From assembly GCA_020160975.1 (NCBI GenBank), contig JAIUPJ010000001.1, forward strand, positions 240,001 to 272,000: a stretch of 32,000 nt of DNA, read 5' to 3'. The DNA is from Candidatus Saccharimonadota bacterium (GTDB taxonomy: Bacteria; Patescibacteriota; Saccharimonadia; Saccharimonadales; Saccharimonadaceae). The notes beneath the pieces are model-generated. The model searched no databases. It worked only from the letters and a program-made list of their open reading frames with translations, and had not been told where the DNA came from. Of the stretch, positions 1 to 8,322 are shown piece by piece. A program made the position numbers and the translations under genes. Each line of letters starts with the position of its first letter. Position 1 is the first letter of the stretch.

Positions 1-1187
1 TTCGGCGTACCGATTTCGTCTTGGCGGCGGTAGCGCTTGCCGATATTACCGTTGTCGTCCCACATGACGGCGCCGTGCTTTTTCTTGAGTGCCTCATAGA
101 CTTCACGAGCCTTGGCGACAAGCTCTGGCTTATTCTTTAGGAGCGGGCTCACGCAATATTTCACCGGCGCGAGGTGCTCGGGAAGTGCCAAATAAATGCG
201 CTTTTCGCCGCCTTGCTCGTCTTCACGGTAGGCCGCCGACAGCACTGCCATCAGAGCCCGCTCGACGCCAAAGCTCGGCTCGATCACATGTGGAACAAAT
301 TTTGTGTTCGTGCCTTTGATGGTATATTCCATGTTTTTGCCGCTGACCCGTGCCACGTTGCTCAGGTCAAAGTCAGTACGATACGCTAGTCCAAACAATT
401 CCTCGCGGCCAATTGGAAAATCATATTCGAAGTCAATCGTGCGCTTGCTATAGTGCGCCAATTCTTCGGCTGGCACTTCCAGCTCATGGACGTTCTCAGC
501 TGGCAGTCCTAGCGCTCTGCACCACTCGTGACCAAGTAGTCGCCATCTCTCAAATTCCGCTTCCCAGTTGGCCGGGTCGACAAACCATTCGATCTCCATC
601 TGCTCAAACTCACGCGAGCGAAAGATAAAATCGCGTGGACTAATTTCGTTGCGAAAGGCCTTGCCCTGCTGCGCCAGACCAAACGGCAGATCAGGATAAA
701 AACTATCGAGCACATTTTTGTAATTCGTAAAAATTCCCTGAGCAGTCTCGGGGCGAAGATAGCTCACTGCTGCGTCGCTCTCAACTGGCCCAACCATGGT
801 CTTAAACATCATATTAAACGGTCGCGCTTCGCCAAACGTGCCCTCTTTGCCGCAATTAGGACACTTGTTTGGGTTGTCCAGCTTGTCTGCACGAAAACGC
901 CCCTTACACTCACTACACTCGACTAGTGGATCAGTGAATGTATCGACATGTCCGCTCGCTTGCCATGCCTTTTGATTCATGAGAATTGCCGCATCAACCC
1001 CGTACATGTCATCCCTGCTATCCACAAACATATGCCACCATAGGTTCAAGATATTACGCTTTAGCGCGACCCCAAGCGGGCCATAGTCCCATGTACCGCT
1101 GAGACCGCCATAGACATCGCTCCCCTGATAAATAAATCCGCGCCGCTTTGCAAGACTGACGATGTCATCTAGTTTGATATCTGACAT
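1..1187 (-). CDS. glyQS: glycine--tRNA ligase (class II homodimeric GlyQS type); C-terminus lies beyond the window edge
   Basis: Own translation of the minus strand from ATG at 1187..1185, with GGAG 6 nt upstream. It reads MSDIKLDDIVSLAKRRGFIYQGSDVYGGLSGTWDYGPLGVALKRNILNLWW...RPETAQGIF...FRNEISPRDFIFRSREFEQMEIE...EPSFGVERA...GNIGKRYRRQDEIGTP. The frame stays open to position 1. It is absent from the ORF track because there is no stop inside the window. Confidence 0.9.
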   Translation of the reverse strand, partial: MSDIKLDDIVSLAKRRGFIYQGSDVYGGLSGTWDYGPLGVALKRNILNLWWHMFVDSRDDMYGVDAAILMNQKAWQASGHVDTFTDPLVECSECKGRFRADKLDNPNKCPNCGKEGTFGEARPFNMMFKTMVGPVESDAAVSYLRPETAQGIFTNYKNVLDSFYPDLPFGLAQQGKAFRNEISPRDFIFRSREFEQMEIEWFVDPANWEAEFERWRLLGHEWCRALGLPAENVHELEVPAEELAHYSKRTIDFEYDFPIGREELFGLAYRTDFDLSNVARVSGKNMEYTIKGTNTKFVPHVIEPSFGVERALMAVLSAAYREDEQGGEKRIYLALPEHLAPVKYCVSPLLKNKPELVAKAREVYEALKKKHGAVMWDDNGNIGKRYRRQDEIGTP

Positions 1188-1203
1188 GTTTTTCTCCACT
1201 TCT

Positions 1204-1220
1204 GCATGTTGGCAACATGC
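1204..1220. promoter_or_regulatory. 17-nt perfect palindrome GCATGTTG-g-CAACATGC in the glyQS upstream/5' leader region
   Basis: Read directly from the sequence: 8-nt arms around a single central base, 17-33 nt upstream of the glyQS ATG and downstream of a TATACT-like box on the minus strand. It could be an operator or a small leader hairpin. Confidence 0.3.
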
Positions 1221-1262
1221 TTAAAGAATTACTATCTGTAGTATATCATACATCGACTAGTG

Positions 1263-1940
1263 TTAATCGATTGCCGCCTGTTGCCTCGCCACTACCCAAC
1301 AATTCGGCAGCACTGCGGCAGTTCCGCCAATTTGCATGATAGTTTGAATCGGTTTGCTCGCCAAAATCCGCAGGAATTTGATATGGTGCGCATCGATATC
1401 ACCCTGCTCAGCCACCCTGAGCCCGCGCTCTGCTTGATCGTACATATACGTTTTTTCGGCATCCAGCGGCTGGCCACCGACATCAAGTTCTAGGTTTAGT
1501 TCATACCCCACCAGCTCGGCATAGTGGATATAAAACCATGCCTGGATGAGCTGTAGTGGTATTGTGGCCAGATCGAGCGCCATGAATACCTCGCTCAGCA
1601 CTCCATACCATTCCGGTTCATCGAGATCAGCGCTAGCTTTTGCTACCACGTTGACTGCTTCGTAACCAAATTGTAGACGGTCGTAGTCTTCCAAAATATG
1701 TCGATAAAACTGCACCAGCCGGGCACTGGTTAGAATTCCCATCTCGCCCCGGCCACTAGTAACGACAATATCGCTGATGCCAAATAGCTCGATGCCACCC
1801 GCCAGCTTGCTCTTTTCGCGCCTCACACCCTTTGCAATTGCCGTTCGCTGCCCAAGCGGCGTGATCATACGCAAAATTCGGTCAGCCTCTCCATAATTTG
1901 TACGGCGCAGCACAATTGCCCTGGTACGCTCTACGCTCAT
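1263..1940 (-). CDS. recO: DNA repair protein RecO
   Basis: 225-aa ORF. The N-terminus RAIVLRRTNYGEADRILRMITPLGQRTAIAKGVRR is a typical RecO OB-fold start. Its ATG overlaps the upstream receiver gene stop (ATGA). The recO-glyQS neighbourhood is also seen in Firmicutes. Confidence 0.85.
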   Translation of the reverse strand: MSVERTRAIVLRRTNYGEADRILRMITPLGQRTAIAKGVRREKSKLAGGIELFGISDIVVTSGRGEMGILTSARLVQFYRHILEDYDRLQFGYEAVNVVAKASADLDEPEWYGVLSEVFMALDLATIPLQLIQAWFYIHYAELVGYELNLELDVGGQPLDAEKTYMYDQAERGLRVAEQGDIDAHHIKFLRILASKPIQTIMQIGGTAAVLPNCWVVARQQAAID

Positions 1941-2314
1941 GCCACTATTCTCCGCACTGCCGCCACGGCATCTTCTACACCCATAGTTGTTTTGTCAAGG
2001 ACAGCGCGTACGCCGTAGGCGCCCAGGCTTCCTTTTGGTATATCTGCAGCCGTTGTTGTGCATACAACAATTGGAATGCGCGCCAGGTCACTGTGCGAGC
2101 GCAACTCGTGCAGCAATACTACTCCATTCGGCCCAGGCAAAAAAATATCGAGTATTATCGCATCAGGATGTGTATTGTCAATCACATCCATTGCCTCGAG
2201 CCCATTAGTAACATGAGCAGTAGCAAAACCTCCGCGTTCGAGTTGACGTATCAGCTGGCCGGCCATCCAAATGTCGTCTTCAACTACTACCACCATAGGC
2301 TTTTTTGCACTCAC
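1937..2314 (-). CDS. single-domain response regulator (receiver/CheY-like, no output domain)
   Basis: 125 aa. Receiver residues are present: acidic pocket VVVVEDD, phospho-acceptor AIILDIFLPGPNG, conserved T (VVCTTT) and K (VLDKT). The start is GTG, overlapping the kinase stop (GTGA). ATG at 2296 is an alternative. Confidence 0.85.
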   Translation of the reverse strand: MSAKKPMVVVVEDDIWMAGQLIRQLERGGFATAHVTNGLEAMDVIDNTHPDAIILDIFLPGPNGVVLLHELRSHSDLARIPIVVCTTTAADIPKGSLGAYGVRAVLDKTTMGVEDAVAAVRRIVA

Positions 2315-3051
2315 AGCAGCCTCAACTGCGATGAAGCGTGAATATCAACATAAAATGTCGCCCCGTCGCGGTGACGAGTAGTACCAATCCGCGCCTGCAT
2401 GGCGTCGGCAAATTGTCGTGCAATGTATACTCCAAGACCGCTCGAAGCAGGCCGAGTACTCATCGTCGAAGCGGCTTTCCCGATGGCGCCGTCGACCCGC
2501 CTATGCATAGCCACAGGAACTGCTGGGCCGAAATCACGTACACCCAAGCGAAGGTATTGTCCTCCCTCCGTCGCATGAACACTGATCTCGACCGGGTGCT
2601 GGTTGTCGCCATAGTGCAAAGCATTGTCTGCAAAACTCAGCATAATTCTTCGTAGCAAATCCTTGTTGGCAAGGCCCAGCAGCGACCCACGACGCTGTCG
2701 CACACGCAACTCGCGACCTTTCGCTCGATACAACGGCCGCAGTTCTTCGACTACCTCATCACAGAGCGAAACAGGGTTAAGAGGCTCTAGGGTGAATAGG
2801 CTATCTTCGAGCCGTGCGTGTTTTGTCAGATCGGTTGTCAACCGCAAGGCGCGCTCACTCGTCAGGGAGATTTGGTTCGCAATCTGGCGTGCCGACTGCG
2901 GCATAGTATCCGACGATTCGAGTTCCAGCGCTAGCTGGCGCACCAGTGCGAGCGGTGATTTTAGCTCATGAGCCGCTGCCACAAACAATGGGGTATGTAC
3001 AAAAACCCCACTATCATCGGTCGTATTCAGCTCTTTCCCCTCCATAGACAC
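2311..3051 (-). CDS. cytoplasmic histidine kinase (HisKA + HATPase_c only, no TM or sensor domain)
   Basis: 246 aa. H-box AAAHELKSPLALV lies about 25 aa from the N-terminus. N-box LSFADNALHYG, G1 VRDFGPAV and G2 SSGLGVYIA follow. No hydrophobic helices. The start is GTG 3051 or ATG 3045. Confidence 0.85.
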   Translation of the reverse strand: MSMEGKELNTTDDSGVFVHTPLFVAAAHELKSPLALVRQLALELESSDTMPQSARQIANQISLTSERALRLTTDLTKHARLEDSLFTLEPLNPVSLCDEVVEELRPLYRAKGRELRVRQRRGSLLGLANKDLLRRIMLSFADNALHYGDNQHPVEISVHATEGGQYLRLGVRDFGPAVPVAMHRRVDGAIGKAASTMSTRPASSGLGVYIARQFADAMQARIGTTRHRDGATFYVDIHASSQLRLL

Positions 3052-3094
3052 TACTACTAGTGTAGCATGTCGGGTGTGTCATGAATCTTAGAAC

Positions 3095-3760
3095 TTATTC
3101 GTTAAACTTCACTGTCTTGAGGATGGCCGCAAAATCTTCCTTGAATACATCGCCATCGGTCCGTAGCGTCAGGGTGCGATCACGCATCTTGATCAACACT
3201 GCCGTCGAAACCATATCTTTCGTGAAATTACCTGTAATTGTCGTGCCGCTCAGTCCGGCTTCAGAATAGGGGCTCGACTTGAGGCTGCCCTTCTTGATGA
3301 GATCGGCATACTGTTCGAGCGACTTATCATAGGTCTTTTGTTCAATCGTGATACGCAAGGCAAATTTCTGTGTCGCAGTCACTGGTGGCACCAAGATTGG
3401 ATTGAGGTAGGCTTGATACGTTACGCCACCACCCTTGCTGACATCTGTCGCCTGGGCCGCACTCCATGTTTTTGGGTAATCAAATGTCAAACGTCCGTAG
3501 TCAGATGGGCCAACGAATTGACGTTTCGGCTCCTTCTCTCGTTTTGCGAAGTCTTCCTCCATTTTGCTCGAGGCATCTAGCTTGGCTTTCGCTACAGCAT
3601 CAGAGACTTTTGTGTCGACATTGTCTTTTTGGTCGATATACTGCGTGTAGGCCCATACGCTAAATCCGCCAAAGACAACCACCAAAATCACCAGTGCGAC
3701 AATCGCAATGATAGTACCGATCGCTGCCCCTTGCTCATGTGAACGATAGTGTTGTTTCAT
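3095..3760 (-). CDS. hypothetical N-terminally membrane-anchored protein with an extracytoplasmic globular domain (possibly PsbP/DcrB-like fold)
   Basis: One TM helix (AAIGTIIAIVALVILVVVFGGFSVWAY), then a soluble domain of about 180 aa. I prefer ATG 3760 because TATAAT (3773..3768, minus strand) sits 7 nt upstream. The ORF-track start at 3781 is a TTG. The family assignment is a guess. Confidence 0.6.
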   Translation of the reverse strand: MKQHYRSHEQGAAIGTIIAIVALVILVVVFGGFSVWAYTQYIDQKDNVDTKVSDAVAKAKLDASSKMEEDFAKREKEPKRQFVGPSDYGRLTFDYPKTWSAAQATDVSKGGGVTYQAYLNPILVPPVTATQKFALRITIEQKTYDKSLEQYADLIKKGSLKSSPYSEAGLSGTTITGNFTKDMVSTAVLIKMRDRTLTLRTDGDVFKEDFAAILKTVKFNE

Positions 3761-3768
3761 GCTTATGA

Positions 3769-4290
3769 TTATACGGTGCAATCTTTCCCCTGTAAAGGTG
3801 TAATATCGTAGCGGAAGTATGCACCCAGCTGCCGCTTCGCTACGACTCCCTTGACAGCAAATCCATAACTGATAAATACCAGCGTTCGCTGCAGGCGGGT
3901 CGCCTCTCGCTCTACCTTTGCATACATTTTTTTGATATCACGATCATCCCCAAAGGTATAGACGACTGTAGTCGAATCGGGCAGTGACTCCCGCCAAAAA
4001 TTTCCGATCTTGACGGTAACACGCGGATCCTTGCGTGACAACCACATCGCAATCCATGCAATGATCGGGTTTATTTCATAGCCGACTGCTCGCGCGCCTC
4101 GCTGGCTCGCTTCACGCAGTACAATGCCATCGCCTGCACCGATATCAACCAGCGTATCTTTCTTATCAAGCCGATAAAGATCACTCAAGGCTTGACGCAC
4201 ATCGCGGCGTTTTGACGGAACATACGGTGCACCCGTAAAAGCCATGAAACCAAAGAATAAAATAATGCCACTACCGATCAACAACCACAT
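3769..4290 (-). CDS. class I SAM-dependent methyltransferase with N-terminal TM helix
   Basis: 173 aa. Motif I is VDIGAGDGIVLREA, followed by an acidic post-I residue (GYEINP). Hydrophobic N-terminus MWLLIGSGIILFFGFMAF. Confidence 0.75.
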   Translation of the reverse strand: MWLLIGSGIILFFGFMAFTGAPYVPSKRRDVRQALSDLYRLDKKDTLVDIGAGDGIVLREASQRGARAVGYEINPIIAWIAMWLSRKDPRVTVKIGNFWRESLPDSTTVVYTFGDDRDIKKMYAKVEREATRLQRTLVFISYGFAVKGVVAKRQLGAYFRYDITPLQGKDCTV

Positions 4291-4305
4291 GTGATACCGG
4301 TCACC

Positions 4306-4509
4306 CTATACCTGATCAAATTTCTTCTTCAGCACAATAATCTCGTTTTTGTACTCAGCCAACTCTTTTTCGATTGATTCAGCCAGTGCCTCGGCTTTTT
4401 TGTAGACCCCCATGGCTTCTTCTAGGTTGAATTCTTCACCATCAAACCACGCCACGAGCGCATCAAGTTCGCGCATTTTTTCTTGAATCGTTTTATCTTG
4501 TTTCGACAT
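4306..4509 (-). CDS. xseB: exodeoxyribonuclease VII small subunit
   Basis: 67-aa helical protein, ...MRELDALVAWFDGEEFNLEEAMGVYKKAEAL..., typical of XseB. It overlaps the xseA 3' end by 17 nt. Confidence 0.85.
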   Translation of the reverse strand: MSKQDKTIQEKMRELDALVAWFDGEEFNLEEAMGVYKKAEALAESIEKELAEYKNEIIVLKKKFDQV

Positions 4510-5590
4510 GGGTTACCTCCGCTGTTAGTATGTCTTTTGCACGATCAATTGTCAGCAGTCCACCTATCTCAGCAGACCCGCGGACGATCGCATATCCTCG
4601 CCTAAGAACCGCTGTCGGATCGTACGCCGACAACTTGCCGCGACTTGTCCCCAACTGTTGCTCATGTAGCAGGTGTCGCTCACTCATACGGCGAAACGCG
4701 CGCTCCATATGTTGTCTTGCCAGCAGGGTCGACTCGTCGACCGCCTGTTCGGCCTTGATTGCAACTAGCCGCACCGCATGTCGGGCTTGCTGCACAAGCT
4801 CACGCTTGTCAGGAACGATAATCTGCGCCGCATTACTAGGAGTTGCCGCCCGAACATCCGCCACAAAATCTGCTAGCGTCTCGTCAATCTCATGCCCCAC
4901 TCCTACCACTGTCGGCACACGACTAGCAGCAATAGCGCGAACCAACGTCTCGTCATTAAACGCCGCGAGATCATCGGCGCTACCACCGCCGCGAATTAAC
5001 ACGATCACTTCTGGCAGCGATTGCTGGGAATTGAAATATTCGAGCGCACGAATCATCTGATCAGCAGCACCATCTCCCTGCACTTGGGTGTGTGCGACTT
5101 CGATTGTCAATCCACCCCACCGCTCGTTGATAATTGTTATGAAATCAGCATACCCTGCAGCTTGCGTACTGCTAATCACCGCAATATGCGCAGGCAATGG
5201 AGGCAGTGTGCGTTTACGATCTGGACTAAATAGTCCCTCACTATCGAGCTTGGCTTTGAGCAGCTCATAACTTTTTTTAATACTCCCTTCTCCGCTGGGC
5301 CGTATCGACTGAATCGTCAGGCTAAACTTGCCCCATGCCGTCAGTTTCGGCGTGGCGCGTACAATCACTTTCATGCCATCCTCGATTGGCATGCGCAGCT
5401 GCCATACTGTCATAAAGCAACCAACGCTACCGCTGGCGTCTTTGAGATCAAAAAATACGAACTTACCTTGGTTTACCTTAAAGCTGGCTACTTCACCCTC
5501 TACATCGACCGCCGGATACGCGTACTCAAGCGTTTGGTTGAGGCTTGCCAGCAAGTCGCTGACATTAAAGATCGGCAGCTCGTTTGCCAT
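4493..5590 (-). CDS. xseA: exodeoxyribonuclease VII large subunit
   Basis: 365 aa. N-terminal OB fold (FNVSDLLASLNQTLEYAYPAVDVEGEVASFKVNQGKFVFFDLKD), a catalytic core (IAVISSTQAAGYADF...IRGGGSADDL) and a coiled C-terminus. Confidence 0.9.
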   Translation of the reverse strand: MANELPIFNVSDLLASLNQTLEYAYPAVDVEGEVASFKVNQGKFVFFDLKDASGSVGCFMTVWQLRMPIEDGMKVIVRATPKLTAWGKFSLTIQSIRPSGEGSIKKSYELLKAKLDSEGLFSPDRKRTLPPLPAHIAVISSTQAAGYADFITIINERWGGLTIEVAHTQVQGDGAADQMIRALEYFNSQQSLPEVIVLIRGGGSADDLAAFNDETLVRAIAASRVPTVVGVGHEIDETLADFVADVRAATPSNAAQIIVPDKRELVQQARHAVRLVAIKAEQAVDESTLLARQHMERAFRRMSERHLLHEQQLGTSRGKLSAYDPTAVLRRGYAIVRGSAEIGGLLTIDRAKDILTAEVTHVETR

Positions 5591-6608
5591 ACTTGTTGAG
5601 CGTTAGCTGATAAAAAATGTATCCAATCCCTATTGTGATGAGCAAAATAATGACTCGCGCCAGCACAACGCCAGCAATCGCCTCCCCTTGCTGCATCCCT
5701 GCTGTTACCAGCACCATCACCATCAACGCTTCGTAGGCACCAGCACCTCCTGGTGTCACAATTGCAAAACCAGCCAAGCTAGCCAGACTGTAGGCGATCA
5801 AAATCGCTGCAGGGTTCACTACAGCCCCCAGCGCCAAAAACGTCAGAAAGAAAATTGCGATATCTGACGCGATAAAAAGCAGCGCCCAGATGAACGGCTG
5901 GGCTAGTACCGATTTGTCACGATTGAGCTCGATATAGTCGCGGTGGAGGTCGTCAAACAGCTTCACAATATTGTCTGCTTTGATGATCTTGCGCTTTCGC
6001 CCTCTTGTGGCAACTCGTGCTAATCGATTTGTCGTACGCTGGAGCCAGTCACCGAACCGATGAATCCGTGATCGACTTTTGACCACATAGACAAATAAGC
6101 TGACTGCCCCACTCATTCCAATCACTAGCAATGCACTCATCAAAATAATCCATCGATTCACATTTCCATCGATCGTCACTACTACAAGCGAGATCATCAG
6201 CAGTACGATCGTTGCGGCAAACCCCGCTGCGTACCGCACCGCCTGCGACATCATCGATTTTGCAGTCGTAACACCGAGCTTGCCAAGACGCCAGTTGGCA
6301 TAGGACACCCCGCTCACTCCTCCGCTCGGCAAGATGTGATTTACGAAATTTAATTCCAGCGACACCCGCATCAGTGTCAACAGGCTTACTTCTTTGATAG
6401 CGTGTTTTTGGCGCAGGTACGAAAACATCATCTCCCCTGAGAACAGGTAGCTCAGCACCGTACAGAGCGCCACGGCGCCTAACATCCATAAGTTCACCTG
6501 CGACAATAGATGCCAGGCATGTTCAAGTTGGTGGCGCGAGAAAAACAAGATCAGCACGACCATCACGAGCGTTACGACGCTCAGTATTGTTTTAAACGAC
6601 ACCTTCAT
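5565..6608 (-). CDS. polytopic membrane protein, UPF0104 / lysyl-phosphatidylglycerol-synthase-TM (flippase-like) family
   Basis: 347 aa with about 8 predicted TM helices. The pattern of an N-terminal TM helix followed by HQLEHAWHLLSQVNLWMLGAVALCTVLSYL resembles PF03706-type proteins. TATAAT (6624..6619) lies 10 nt upstream of the ATG. Confidence 0.65.
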   Translation of the reverse strand: MKVSFKTILSVVTLVMVVLILFFSRHQLEHAWHLLSQVNLWMLGAVALCTVLSYLFSGEMMFSYLRQKHAIKEVSLLTLMRVSLELNFVNHILPSGGVSGVSYANWRLGKLGVTTAKSMMSQAVRYAAGFAATIVLLMISLVVVTIDGNVNRWIILMSALLVIGMSGAVSLFVYVVKSRSRIHRFGDWLQRTTNRLARVATRGRKRKIIKADNIVKLFDDLHRDYIELNRDKSVLAQPFIWALLFIASDIAIFFLTFLALGAVVNPAAILIAYSLASLAGFAIVTPGGAGAYEALMVMVLVTAGMQQGEAIAGVVLARVIILLITIGIGYIFYQLTLNKYGKRAADL

Positions 6609-6669
6609 CTCAAGGCTTATTATACTACGCGAAATGGCGATTGCGCATGAATTACGCTATACTGACCCT

Positions 6670-7905
6670 ATGTACATCGCTATATTAGGCAGACAGCCAG
6701 CCCTCGGTATGGCTGAGCTCGAATCGCTCTATGGCAGCGAGCACACCAGATGGTTCTCGGACGAGAGTGCACTTGTTGATGATTCTCGCTTTGATTTTGA
6801 ACGCCTTGGCGGCAGCCAAAAAGCCGGTCGAGTGGTAGCTGAGCTGCATGGCGACTGGCGGCAAGCCAGTATGCAAATCGTCAAGGCTTATACCGATGCA
6901 TGGAGTAGCCATCAGGGCAAAATTACGCTTGGTATCAGCGCCTACGGCTTTCGCACCACCGCGAGAGATGTCCAAAAAACCGGTATCGTCTTGAAACAAA
7001 AACTAAAAACCCACGGCGTGAGCGTGCGCCTCATCCCAAACGCCGAGCCTGCCCTCAACACCGCCGCCAGTCATCACAACAAGCTGGGTCTCAGCGACAA
7101 TCATGTCGAACTGCTCGTCGTACGCGCTGGCAACGGCACTATTATCGTGGCCGAAAGCCTGGGTGCCCAAAATATCACTGCCCTCGCTGCACGCGACCAA
7201 GCCCGCCCAAAGACCGATGCGTTTGTCGGCATGCTCCCGCCAAAACTCGCTCGTATGATGGTGAATCTCGCTGTAGGCGATGACATTCTAGAATCTAACT
7301 CTTACGATCTAGTTAAATCGTCTGCTACTCAAAACTTGACCGTCCTCGACCCGTTTTGCGGCACGGGCGTCGTCCTGCAAGAAGCGGCGCTTCTCGGCTA
7401 CAACACCTACGGAACTGACCTGTCCGAGAAGATGGTCGACTACTCCAGGCAGAATCTCAATTGGCTCGTCGAAAAGTATGGCCTGTCAGTTGATATCACC
7501 ATCGAACAAGGCGACGCCATGACCCACACCTGGCCACTCCTCAGTGCTCAGAACTCAGAATTCAGAACTCCTGTTGCTGTTGTTGCCGAAACCTACCTCG
7601 GCCAGCCTTTCTCAGCTCCTCCGTCCTCTGCCAAACTCACCGAAGTTCGCGGCAATTGTAATCATATCATCTCAGAATTTTTGAAAAACATCGGATCGCA
7701 ACTCGCTCCCGGTGCTCCCCTCTGCATCGCCGTTCCCGCCTGGCGCGATAGCGCCGGTCAATTCACGCATTTGCCATTCATTCATGCGCTCGACAAGCTT
7801 GGGTACGCGCAAGTCGCTCTCACTCACGTCAAAGCAAGTCAACTCCTCTACTACCGCGAGAATCAAATCGTCGCCCGCGAGCTACTGATCCTTAAAAAGA
7901 GTTGA
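6670..7905 (+). CDS. putative RNA (N-)methyltransferase, UPF0020/Trm11-like, with an N-terminal non-catalytic domain
   Basis: SAM motif I is VLDPFCGTGVVLQEAALLG, followed by YGTDLS. The motif IV position reads LGQPF rather than canonical DPPY. Two in-frame ATGs (6634 and 6670) are each preceded by TATACT at 7 and 6 nt. I chose 6670 (MYIAILGRQP...), but 6634 is equally possible. Confidence 0.65.
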   Translation: MYIAILGRQPALGMAELESLYGSEHTRWFSDESALVDDSRFDFERLGGSQKAGRVVAELHGDWRQASMQIVKAYTDAWSSHQGKITLGISAYGFRTTARDVQKTGIVLKQKLKTHGVSVRLIPNAEPALNTAASHHNKLGLSDNHVELLVVRAGNGTIIVAESLGAQNITALAARDQARPKTDAFVGMLPPKLARMMVNLAVGDDILESNSYDLVKSSATQNLTVLDPFCGTGVVLQEAALLGYNTYGTDLSEKMVDYSRQNLNWLVEKYGLSVDITIEQGDAMTHTWPLLSAQNSEFRTPVAVVAETYLGQPFSAPPSSAKLTEVRGNCNHIISEFLKNIGSQLAPGAPLCIAVPAWRDSAGQFTHLPFIHALDKLGYAQVALTHVKASQLLYYRENQIVARELLILKKS

Positions 7906-7930
7906 CGAAATGCCCCTGTTGGAGTACAAT
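7902..7930 (+). promoter_or_regulatory. sigma-70-type promoter of rpmA (TTGACG-17 nt-TACAAT)
   Basis: TTGACG is at 7902-7907, overlapping the stop of the upstream gene. A 17-nt spacer separates it from TACAAT at 7925-7930. SD AAAGGAG at 7956-7962 precedes ATG 7967. Confidence 0.55.
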
Positions 7931-7966
7931 GGTACAGATTGTTTATACAACGTTTAAAGGAGTCCT

Positions 7967-8239
7967 ATGTCACACGTTAAAGCAGGCGGTTCAAGTAAGA
8001 ACATCCACAACAACGCCGGTGCTCGCCTAGGCGTCAAGCGCTTTGGTGGCCAAAAAGTCTCTGCCGGCGAAGTGCTCGTCCGCCAAACTGGCGCAACTAA
8101 AATCGCTGGCCCTGGCACTTATATCAGCCGCAACTTCACCATCCATGCTAAACAAGCAGGTGTCGTCACCTTCAAAAAGGTCAAAAAAGCTGCCTTCACC
8201 GGCCGCACTCACCCCCGCACTCAGGTGTGCGTTGAGTAA
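7967..8239 (+). CDS. rpmA: 50S ribosomal protein L27
   Basis: 90 aa, MSHVKAGGSSKN...GVKRFGGQKVSAGEVLVRQTG, matching the conserved L27 N-terminus and core. Confidence 0.95.
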   Translation: MSHVKAGGSSKNIHNNAGARLGVKRFGGQKVSAGEVLVRQTGATKIAGPGTYISRNFTIHAKQAGVVTFKKVKKAAFTGRTHPRTQVCVE

Positions 8240-8260
8240 ATTCTTAATTTTTCTGTAGTT

Positions 8261-8293
8261 AATAATAGCTCCTCAGACAGAGGAGCTATTATT
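8261..8293. terminator. bidirectional intrinsic terminator between rpmA (+) and the orphan gene (-)
   Basis: Perfect 14-bp stem, AATAATAGCTCCTC (8261-8274) paired with GAGGAGCTATTATT (8280-8293), and a 5-nt loop. The A/T-rich stem ends supply U tracts in both orientations. It lies 22 nt after the rpmA stop and 30 nt after the minus-strand stop at 8323. Confidence 0.7.
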
Positions 8294-8322
8294 ATTTATC
8301 TAATTAGTTGGATCGGCATAAC

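Noticed and set aside
4530-5060. Large antisense or overlapping ORFs inside real genes: 4530-5060, 6049-6489, 8645-9268, 10254-10640, 18534-19031, 20391-20882, 21372-21857, 23164-23634, 27588-28013 and 29526-30182
   Set aside because: These are shadow ORFs opposite or out of frame with strongly supported genes. Their translations are low-complexity, rich in Ser/Arg/Cys, and carry no recognisable motifs.
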